A stretch of 64,000 bases of DNA, from NCBI GenBank assembly GCA_048128005.1, contig JBEUKZ010000084.1:248001-312000 (forward strand). The letters are read 5' to 3'. Below are positions 27,501 through 39,500 of the stretch, in pieces (within the stretch, counting starts at the first letter, position 1; each line of letters opens with the position of its first letter). The position numbers and the translations under genes were made by a program. The DNA comes from Veleropilina oligotropha (taxonomy: Eukaryota). The notes beneath the pieces were generated by a model, which saw only the letters and a list, made by a program, of their open reading frames with translations, was not told where the DNA came from and did no database searches.

Positions 27501-30500
27501 CCCTCCTCCTTTGCAGCCTGGCAGATACTACAAAAAATTTACATTTAATATCATTGTCATTGGTCGAAATTAATGTCACACTCAATGATAGCATAATTAA
27601 CTATAATGGATCTGACTGTCTCCATGGCATCTCCTCTCAAACTTTTTAACATATCACTTTGGGTACCTCTGGCTTGTGAACCTTTACAAAAAGGTACGCT
27701 GATAATATGGTATTCATACAATAAACTAAGCCGACACATGACTATGGAGATAAAATATGTCATTTTACTGACATCATTCAAAGCGACGTTTGAGGCAAAT
27801 AGGTGCATTAGATTTTTGTGTATCTCGAACAGTGCGAGTCGGTGCAGTCCGCTTCAGAAGTTCACCCGGAGAGCGGTTGATTAAGCTAGTTGGTAACTTC
27901 AGCGATGCGGGATGCTCATAGTATTGTCATGCCGATCATAAAAGATTGGAACATTAAATTAATTTAACGACATGCTGGGACTGATCTAGGCTTATTTTGC
28001 GCCCGTTATATTGGGTTTGGGCGCCCATACTGGAGAAAGTGAAAAAATAAAACCAATGATTTACCAAATGCCTGCATTATCAATGTTAAAAACAAGCATG
28101 TTATAAATTATGGATTTAACACTATCATTATTGTAATGAAAACGTAATTGTAATGTCATTTTATATTGACTATGTATGAAAGTTACCTGTTTGTTTATTT
28201 ATCAATAATCCTTTACAGCTGCATCTGACAGCAACATGTGCGCAAATAATCACGTTTTTTCATTGGAAACCTCTGAGTACTTCCAGTAATATTCGGATTA
28301 CTTCCTGTTTTATAGACAGACTGGTTTGCATGAAATTATCTCCCTTATGTGTTAAGTCCTGTTTCACCAAAGTTATCTCAAGGACCATGAAATGGCATGT
28401 CCCATCTGCAGAAAATGGAAAACTAGATAGATATATCACATAACTAATTAATCTTTTTATATAGAAAGTAGTGGCTAGGTTATTTTATAAGTCAAAAGAT
28501 TTAATACGTATTTTTATGGTAATCAATACATCAATTTGATAAAGTTAAATGGAATATCCAAATGTGTGATATTTTTAAATCAGCCCGGTTACAGGAAATT
28601 GCTTCTGAGATACATAGTATTTGTAAACAATTTCCTCTAAAGATATTATACCCGGCATTCAAATATTCCTGAGCACATCCCTGAGTGAACATGGCATAGC
28701 AATTCAGGAATAATGTCTTTCATGCAGCCCTCAAATGAACAATACTAGCTAACTGATTTACATAACTTTATTGTATGTACATGTATTAAATATTACATTG
28801 ATTTATTAATAATTATGCTCATAATCCTGTAGTTTGTACTCACAATATGTCAAATACATACTGCTGCACAGTATTATAAAATTGCTACTCAATATTATTA
28901 TGTGTAGCAATACTTGCTACATATAATTTTTGAAGTAAATCGCACATTGACAGGAATATGGATATATTGTGCTAGAGTGGACATCTCTGAAAGAGAGGCT
29001 CCTTCTCCTCTCTCCAACATAATAAGATATGTGGGAGATTCCGGAGAAGTGTTATTTGTACAAAATTTATTAAGTTGATGTCATATGTTATGAATTAATC
29101 AAATGGACTGTTATTACACTTTTTCAAGGTGATTATTGTCACAAAATAATTAAGACAATCAATGGTCTTAAGATATATTTAATAAGAAAAATATCTTCCA
29201 CAAAATATAGAATACACAATGGGGCATAAGTTATGTCACCCTGTCAAGTTATGTTACCTGAAAATATTGGAAACATAATATATGTTAACTGTAAAGAGTC
29301 CATTTTAATATTCATGAAGTACCATATGATCAAATCTGTTATCTTGCTTCTCAAAGCATCTAAGCTTCATGGGCGTCGATGGTCAGTTGTCTATTCCCGA
29401 GCTCGCTCGCTTATCTATGGGGCCCCAAACAAAAACCCTGGATCAGCCCCTGACATGTGTCACTTTCTTAACTGTGGCAGTAATTGCATGGTTCCTTTTT
29501 TAATTACTTTTCAGACTTCTGCTATATGCATTTTTATAAAAAATTTAATTTATATTCGATGAAAAATGTGCTATTTGAGTGAATTGGCATCATTATATAG
29601 ATTCAATCGTAAAACAGCAGAAGTAGTTACTCTTCTAATTGCAAGTAGCATTGCTTCCATTGAGTGATGATGCAAATATGTCATTGCAGGAATCGAGCCT
29701 CTATGTAAATGAGCTGCTGAAGCCAGTGTTGTCCTGCTTCTACGATCAAGACAGCCGCGTTAGATATTATGCATGCGAGGCATTGTATAACATCGTCAAG
29801 GTGGCCAGAGGATCAGTACTGCCATATTTCAACGAAATCTTTGATGGCCTTAGCAAGGTATACGTGCACTGCACATGGTGGTATAAAGTCTCATGTGTCC
29901 TCGTATATGCAATAATGGATGCTACAAGCTGTCCAGAGTTTAATTGGTACATTAAGTGTGCATATTTGGTCTGCAAATGAGTAAGTCAGACGGCAACTAT
30001 ATAGTTGACATATTTTTAGTCAATTTAGTAATAGGTGATTAATTATAGAGGCCACTTGAATCTGATTCTTGCCTGTAACATTTGGATTCATAAATTTGTT
30101 TTGTGATATGCTAGTCATCAATTGCCAATAAATAATATTGTTCTCAATCTGCCATTGTTTATTTGACAATTGGTATGCACAAGAAATATCTTGCATTTTA
30201 TTGACATAAATTGGTGAAAATGCATTCCTTTTTAGTCTCTTAGTATAAATATATTGTTGTTGTAGCTGACTGCAGACACGGATCAGCATGTGAAGAATGG
30301 GACGGAATTACTGGATCGTCTCATCAAGGTGCACCAACAGATAAATATTTGATTTTGTTAGAAATAGTTTGCAATTTATAAATCACAGGTTTTATAATCC
30401 ATTATATTTATATTATTATAATCTGATTTTCTTCAAAGTTTATATGCACAATAGTTTTGATAACATTAATCACCAAACGCTTTTAGTCATATTCACATTC

Positions 30501-33500
30501 AAGATGGTTGCCATGGGAGGAAGCACACCCTCGAATACTGAAGAATATTGGTATGATTTGAATTGAAGTTTATTGTCTCCCTTGAAAATGTATTCCATAG
30601 CATCATAGATGTTCTTCTTCCCTTCTGTTGTAGGATGTTGTGACAGAAAGTTCTTCCTTCGATTTGGTTGCATTCATACCATTGCTTCGAGAACGAGTCT
30701 ACACCCGGAATCCATTTGCACGACAATTTGTTGTGTCATGGGTGAGTCCTATATTCAAAAAGTGTTGTTCTGGGGTACGATATGTATGATATTTATGTTC
30801 AGGTATATGCCAAATTTCTTTTGTGTTATTTAAGACATACACCTTTACACCTAAATTTGCAAATTTCTATACTGGAATGATTGAATATGTCGATCGATAA
30901 TGATTTTATTTTAGGGTTATGACAATATTAAAACTTTTAGTCAGTTGTATTAAAGTCAGGACCCCATTTTATCAACTCTATCTGATCACATGGTTTTGTC
31001 TGCAGCACTCGGACAGTGTCCGGCGTGGTCATCCATCCAAACACTGAGCAGACTGAGACACTCGCTGTTGCAACTATATCAAGGGGAAATAACTCAATGC
31101 TACCATCTTTTCAAAGTATCAACATTTTGTTTGTAGTTACATAAACAATGACACTGGCATTAATGATTAGATTTTAAGTAGATGACAAATTGAATGCTAT
31201 ACTTAAATTGTTAGTTTAATTGTCAAACTGATATTATGTTTTTCTGTGTATTCCAAAGATTGCCATGTTGGATGCTGTTCCAGATATCAACATGCTGGTT
31301 CTTCTGCCGGAAATCTTAGATGGACTGTTCCAAATTCTTGGTGACTCTAGTCAGGAAATACGCAAAATGTACGAGAGACATATTGTTTACACTCCATTCT
31401 CCTTCTCTTTCACTTTCACCTCCTTCTTCCGGACTAGATCTCAGGTCCTATACGTGCCAGCATTATTTCCTTTGGGCAATTAAACCGTTCAGGCATGCCA
31501 TTGTGCTTTTTGGCAAAATTTCACGACAACGACTTTCGACCTTGACGTAATGACCTTTGACCCCAAAATCGTGTCCAGCCTGGTTCTCGGAGACTTCAAA
31601 TCTTATCCTTTTAATTTCTTTGAAGATGCATGGCCCACACCCCAAGAATGTGCAGGCCGCTAAAATTTTGCACCTTTGACCTTGGCGCTGTGACCTTGAT
31701 AAACAATTTCCATATTTGGGAATTTTTATATTTTATTGTTTCCTTAATTTTTTTTCACCAAATTTATTCCTGAGGGTGAGTACATTATATAACAATATTC
31801 AATTTTGTTGTTCGATCAAAGGTCAAGGTCACAGAGGTCAAAATGTACTTTCCCTAAATCACACTTTGGCCAGGCTAGATTTCAGGTCCTATACATGCCA
31901 GCCTGATTTCCTGTGGTATGTTAAACTGCCGTCTCATGCCATTGTGCTTTTTGGCAAAATTTCGCGAATACGACTTTCGACCTTGATGTAATGACCTTTG
32001 ATCCCCGAAATCGTTTCCGGCCTGGTTTTCGGAGACGTCAAATCTTATCCGTATAATTTCTTTGTAGATGCATGGCCCACACTTCAAGCATGTGCAGGGC
32101 GCTAAAAATTTGTACTTTTGACCTTTGACCTTGGCACTGTGACCTTGATAAACAATTTACATATTTGGGCATTTTTATGTCTTGACCTTTTTGTAAAAAA
32201 GGACAAGACATTATCAAATGGTCCGTGTGTATATATATACTTATATACTTATATATATATATATATATCCGTCGATTTATTTGAAAACTACCCGCTCAAT
32301 TTTCACCAAAATTGGTACACACATTCCCAAGAGTATTTGTAGGTCGTGTATATAACTTTCGCGACACAATTTTGCAAAAATATGCATTTATTGAGCACTT
32401 TTATCCATATTTGTATATAACGGATGTCTAATATTGCAAGCAAATGGCAATGACGTCATTACGACGTCGCTTTAGATTAATCGTCATTTGGTGACGTCAC
32501 AATCGACGGGGTAGTAAATTAAGCCATGAAGTACTTGCACTTGGCCATTGTATTAACTGTTATGAAAATTTGAGGTTAATAAAGAAAGGTCAAGACATAT
32601 TTCGAACGCGTCGTTCTTGTTATATTTTATTATTTTCTTAATTTTTCTCCACCAAATTTATTCCTGAGGGTGAGTACATTATATAACAATGTTCAATGTT
32701 ATTGTTCGGTCAAAGGTCAAGGTCACAAAGGTCAAAATGTACTTTCTCTGACACACACCTTATTCAGGCTACATCTCAGGTCCTATACAGGCCAGCATGA
32801 TTTCCTTTGGTATGTTAAACCGCCCTATCTTGCCATTGTGCTTTTCGGCAAAATTTTGCGGAAACGACCTTTGACCTTGACCTGATGACTTTTGACCCCG
32901 AAATTGTGTCCGGCCTGGTTGGCGGTGATGTCAAATCTTATCCTTCTAATTTCTTTGAAGATGCATGGCCCACACTTGAAGCATGTGCAGGGTGCTAAAA
33001 TTTAGCATTTTTGACCTTGGCACTGTGACCTTCATAAAAAAATTCCATATTTGGGCATTTCCATATTTTATTGTTTTGTTAATTATTTTTCGCCAACTTT
33101 TCCCCCTGTGGGTGAGTACATTATATAGCAATGAGCGGTCAAAGGTCAAGGTCACAGAGGTCAAAATGTACTTTCCTGATTCCATATTTGGGCATTTTCA
33201 TATTTTATTGTTTCCTTAATTATTTTTTGGCGAATTCCTTCATGAGGGTGAGTACATTATATAACAATGTTCAATTTTGTTGTTCGGTCAAAGGTCAAGA
33301 TCACAGAGGTCAAAATGTACTTTCCTGATACACTCCTTGTCTGGGCTAGATCTCGGGTCCTATACATGCCAGCATGATTTCCTGTGATATGCTATCTTCC
33401 CTTAACGTGCCATTGTGCAAGGAGACATAATTTTCCGAAAATGACCTTGGACCTTGCCATAATGACCTTTGACCTACTAAAATTCTTGTCATCTTCATAG

Positions 33501-36500
33501 GTTCCCATGCCTTGAACGTATTCAGGACATTTGCATACATCCATCCATTTCGTCAAATATATTTACACTCTTCCAGTTCGTGACTTTCCAAACTTCATGA
33601 GGGTCTCAATATGGATTGATTTCTATTACAAGGGGAGACATATGTTTTTGTTCACACAAAAACAACTCCTCTAGTTTTCTATTCCAGGCCTGCACAAATT
33701 AAAAATTTGCTTAACCTGGAAATGGGTTAAGCAAATTTTTTTCGCTTAACCCATTTTCTTTGCTTAACCCGTTTTCTTTCATACATCATTCAAAGTCACT
33801 GACTCCGATTTACCTGCCATATTCATTATTACAGTGTAAAATGTTAAAATTTAACCAATGATCATTTTGCTCCTAACTTGAAAATTGTCTTACAATATTA
33901 TGAATTTAAAATTCATTTAATTTTTGTCCATTCAAAAGTTATCTGCTTTACGGCAACCAGCGAACCTAACATTTTGAGCCCAACCCTAAACAAATATTGG
34001 CATTATTCATGCACCCACCTGTCGCCGTTCCGCTTTTTCATTAACCCAACTGCTGTTCACGTGCGCTTGAAGTATTTTGTATTTGCTGTTATCAGCCTGG
34101 AATCTTTCTTGTTGCAAAGGTGATAAAATAATAAATTTGCCATGGTAAACAATTTTAATTAGCAAGTGTATTGGACGACCAAACGCGTGGCAAGGGTTAC
34201 GTATTTTTATCATGAACACCAAAGTTTTCCGATTGTGTTCGGCATTTCATTTCTGTCATTTTCTTTGGCTATCATCAAGATGTCTATCACTGGGGAATCC
34301 CGTAAAGTTGTCTATTTTTGGCAATTTTGTCATCTGGTACATGCGCAATACTACTTTCTCGCAAGTTCTGATTCAGATTCACTGCCTAAATTACTTCCCT
34401 TGACAAACGAAGTCTCATCCATTTGAATTTATAATGTCCGTGTGTGTTTATCACTCACTACTTACTACCCCGAGAGCATAATATTGCAATTTAGTAAGTA
34501 ACAATTGTGGAATAAATGAAACAAATGTTATGTAATGTATATATTTATTAAGGAACAATTTATTATACATGTACAATATCTTGCAAGAATGGAATTTCGT
34601 TCGGCCCATTTAAATTTGCTTAACCAGTGCACGAACGAAGCGATCGTTTGTGTAAGCCTGTATTCCTATGTTGCATTTTTGTTAATTTAGAAAAGTGTCA
34701 TTCATCTCCACCAATAATTTACTGAAGTATTATACAGACAATGTGGGTTGCAGTAATAACTTGTTTGCTGCGAGGCATCTTCGTGCTTATTGTTCTTTGG
34801 AATACATGATTATGGAAATGTTGTGCTATGCCTTCAATATTGACCATCTTTCTAATCTAAATAATACTGCCGTTATGTTGCAGATGTGAGGGCGTGTTAT
34901 TAGAGTTCCTCCATGGCATTCAGCGGTCCGATAATGGAGTTAATTTCGCTGGAATGGCCAACATCCTCATCGTTCATAGCCAGAGTGCAGGTAAGGGCTG
35001 AGAGGCCATATATAGCAGGTGAACCAAGTATTTGGGTTTAATCGATTCTTAACTTATTCACCACCACAGTATTGTTTACCACTACACCATGGATATAATG
35101 TAAAAACTAAGTAACTGGTATTGTATTGTCATTATGCTATTATAAGCAAATATATATAAGGACTAATACATCATAAGCTTTGACATACAAGATTTTACAC
35201 AAATATCATGGCTTCGGATGATTTCCTTTCCTGCAGCATACAACACGTTTCTTTGTTGACACTGCTTTGTTATCACTTGATGGTAGTATGTCGACTAAGT
35301 GCTGGCCTTGTAAATGAGTCATGAACGATATGTGGTGTTCAAACAGGCAATATGTGCCACAATAACTCTGCCTGGAGGATAGTTATCATTAATCACAAGA
35401 TATATAATTACCGGAATTTGAAACCATATCTGAGAGCTGGTACAAGTCCGCTTCTGTTACAGTGGATATGCATTTGTCATCATCCTGTGCCACTTCAGAG
35501 ACTTCATCACTGGATAATACAGGATGTAACATTTTTTTTTATCATTCTGGATTCCATGTCGATATGGTCCAGCTGTCATCTTGCCAGAATGATGGGTACT
35601 TGACATCAGCACATCTTGTTTGACCTTAAACGAAATACAGACAAATTAGAGAAAATCCAAGAACGCTCACTCCGCTTTATCTACAATGACAAACTTAGTA
35701 GCTATGATGCCCTGCTGCACAAAGCAAATGTTCCATCCCTTAAAATAAGGAGACTACGTGCAATGGCTATAGAGTCCTTCAAAATTTTACATGGCCTTGC
35801 ACCAAAATGTCTGTCAGACCTACTCACATATAAAGATTCCAAATATAGTTTTAGATATCCAAACATTGTCGACATCCCGAGGGTCAGATCATCTTTAAAT
35901 GGTAAAGCAAGTATATAGTTACAAACATACTTACGTCCTTACTCTTGCCATAATAGCATATTATCGCCCAAACCGGAAATGGTGAATATGTCCCATAATG
36001 CACCGTTATAAGCCAAAAAAGCACACGGTTACCTCCCCTGCTCCTACCCCCCACGTTCCCTAGCGAGACTTCGCCAAGTCTCGTGAGACTTCTGAACAAT
36101 AGAAGTCACATGACATCAATTCAAAGTTTTCCGCTGCCGCGGAAAGACGTTGTTTTTGCTCCGCAAATATTTCGATATAGGCGCCCGATTTCACGTTAAA
36201 TCAGGGCGCAGTTTCTACTTATATAGTATATAAGTAGTGGAATATAACAGTGTTGTGGATATAAAACACATGTGAATATAAGAAGAGTGATTCTCAAAAC
36301 TTCGAGGAAGTTCTGGACATCAAAGGAAACAGACATCGTCGTCAAGGACGCCAGTGGCCATTAAAGATGGCCGCTTAGAGGGAAAGTTTCGAGTGGTAGC
36401 TGAAATTTCTGGTCTGTATAATTATCTGATATTGTTTGAGACTGCAAAACAGGTAACTCATTACATTGGATAATTCCTTAACAACGCTATTTGCTGGTTA

Positions 36501-39500
36501 TTTATTATATATATAAAATTTTCTAGCGTTGTTAAAAGGCAGGATCTTTTGATATTAAGCTTGCGTTAATTTTCTGATATCCTGCCGTTGCTGGGATAAT
36601 ACGCCATTGTACTAACTTAAAACATCCACGAGGTTTTCAGGTGTTTTTTGGGCGGGTTTTTTCGAGGAAAGAACCCCCCTTTGTTTTAGTCAATTTGCCG
36701 GGTTACCGGGTCGGTCGGGTAAAATACCCGACCTCGGTGTTCCCAGTTCGGGGTTCTAATAACGGTATATCGCTTGATCTCTAATCTTCAGATCAGGACA
36801 ATTCTGTGAGTTGTCGTAGTACTCCCTCCAAGGAAAGAAGTCTCAACTACCATATATATACCTATTTATCTACCCCGTCTACCCACGTCCACCCTCCCGT
36901 GTATTTAGCTATGGTCCGGTGCAGTAGCTCCGGGTGTAACCAGAAAATTCACGCATTTGATAGGCACAAGGAATGTTGTAAACACCGTAGCTGTAGTATA
37001 CATCATCAATGTGATCTGTGCTTTCTTCTATCAGATAAGCAGTGGGCAACCCTGTCTCACCACGGTAAGTCGACCAGGGCGACTGCCACGGTGGGTCCTC
37101 CCCCGGAGAAGGGTCAGGAAGAGACCGGTAAGTTACCTAACGTTTCTTATTTGTCTACTTCAGGGACGCTGGACGACAGCCGACAAAAGGGGACGTCTGT
37201 CGCCGCATCCACCGGCGAAACCTCCGCGACTCTTGGGAGAGTCACCGAAACCTTGCCGGTACCCCAGATTCAGGTAAAGACCCGAGTGTCGACCGTTCCT
37301 CCACAACTGGGCCTAGTAACTGCAGTCAGCCATACCTTGCCGGCTAGCAAGGTATACATGACAGCGCAGCGAACAGCTGAACAGGGCAGACCATCCCCAT
37401 CCTTTTCTTCGGCCTCGAAGAATAAGGGGACAGTTAGTCCTTCTGCGGGAAACTCACCGTCTTCCTACGGTGACAGACCCAATGCAGAGAAAGCCTTTAA
37501 AGAGGCCGGGCACCTACTTGTAGGTCTAAGACTCGGACAATCGGCGAAACCTGAATCCTCGGTCGAGAACGATGCGACTTCCCCTAGGGGTTTTCCGCTC
37601 AACCTCGAAGCTCACGAGACATTCAGAGGGCCCGGTCTCTCCCGTGCACCCACCGTGGTCACGCTAGAGAACGTGGACAGACCGGCTGCGTTCGGGACGG
37701 GGTTCTACGGCGGTTTTCCGTCCGTGCCTCGCTCGAACAGAGTGGTAGACCGATCAGAACTGTTGCCGCAGTCCTATCGGTCGTCCGGCCCACTGACTGC
37801 GCCTCCGGGCCAGTCCTTCGGGTTCGACCCCTCGACAAGTGCCCGTGGACCCTGGTCCTCGGTTCGACCTGTCAATGCAGCCCGTCTACCTAGCGCCACG
37901 GTTACCTCGACAGAACTACCGGCTGTTAGTTCGTCGCCCGTCCTGCCTCCGGGTTTCTCTTTTGAGAACGTCCAGGCATGGATCGCGGCGGGGATCGAGG
38001 AACGGTGTAAGGCCTGGCCGACGGCTCCCGAGCCGCACCTGGTACCTACACTTCTGCCCATGGCGCAGAGCACGGCTCCTGCCTCAGTGATAGACATCGA
38101 CCCTCGTTCCGACGAGGATCTCTGTTCAAATCACACCGACCTCCCTGAATCGGTCGGGTCCGAAGACATTAGTCTTACAGGCACGCAGGAGCCGACCTCC
38201 TCCACCCGCCGAAGGCTCGACGCTGTTGCGTCACTTCGCGGGGTGCTTGGCTTGTCGGAACCGACTCGGTCGGCTGTAGACGTAGCCAAGCATAGGACGG
38301 CAGCACATCGGTTTGTTGCGAGGGAAGCCCCCGAGCTCCCCTCCTTACCTCAGTCCGGGCTGGTGGATCTTGTTGTAGACTCGATCACCAAGCTCGTTCA
38401 GGGGCGCAATCCGGTGGAGTCCTCCCCGCTGAACGAGTTCCCTTCGGGGTTCCGTAGTGGGAGGTACCTCCGGGCCAGTACTCGAGCGATCCCGTTCGAA
38501 TGCACTGGCCCGTGCCTGGCGACTGAGCCGGCTCGTGTTGACGCTTCGTTGCGTCGACTGACCGCCAGTCACCCTCCCTCCGTAGCGAAAGTTCCTTGGT
38601 CCGCCTTGGAAGCTTTCGAGAGCTCCGCCCGACGGGCTCTGCGGCTATCGTCCGTTCAGGATTTTTTCCTAGACGGGGCGATAGCCGTATTACAGGAGAA
38701 TGGACCCGGCGCCACCGAGGCTGCCCTGTCCTTCCTCCAGGAGGTTGCTGCCGCGCAGGAGACCAGCGCGTTGGAGACGGGACGTGTCCTGGGCAATGCC
38801 CTCCTACTTCGTAGGGATGCTTGCCTGGAAGGTACCTCGCTGGACGAGCCCACCCGGCGCTCGTTGCGATGCGTACCTTGCTCGGCCACCACTCTCTTTG
38901 GTGACAACTTCACGGAGTTTGTTGACAAGAGAGCGGCGGACATTAAGGACCGTGCCATCGAGAAGGCAGTACTGCTCCCCACCCGGGGTCCACCTGCTAA
39001 CTCGAAGAAGCGCTCCGGGCCCACCCCGGCCCCGAAGCCTTCTAAGCGTGCGAAGCCCTCTTCGGGTGGTAGGCCTCCGGCCAATAAACCCACTCCAAAG
39101 AGGCGAGCACCTCCAGCGAAATCCCGCAAGCAGAGCGGGATAGGGAAGCCTCGGCCCTAGGGCTGCCGGCATTCGCGACGGCCCCAGTTGCCCGCTCCCG
39201 CCGGTGGGAGCGTGCCTGTTAGCACACAGCCAGCCCTGGCTAGAGCTGACAGACAGCAACTGGGTCCACTTAGTCGTGAGTGCCGGATACAAGTTGGCAT
39301 TCAACCGGCATCCGACCTTAACCGAGGCACCACCAACAAGACACGCTCGCCTCCTAAACGGAGAGAAACAAGCGGTCTTAGACCAGGCAGTGCGGGATTT
39401 GCTCCTAAAAAGAGCGATATATCCCGCGCCGCCCAGCACACCAGGATTTTACAGCCATTTCTTCCTGGTCCCGAAACCCGATGGCCGCTGGAGACCGATC

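Noticed and set aside
36806..36910. GTG-initiated 35-aa extension of gag in the ORF track
   Set aside because: ATG 36911 directly precedes the Cys/His cluster; the upstream segment looks non-coding or intron-like.
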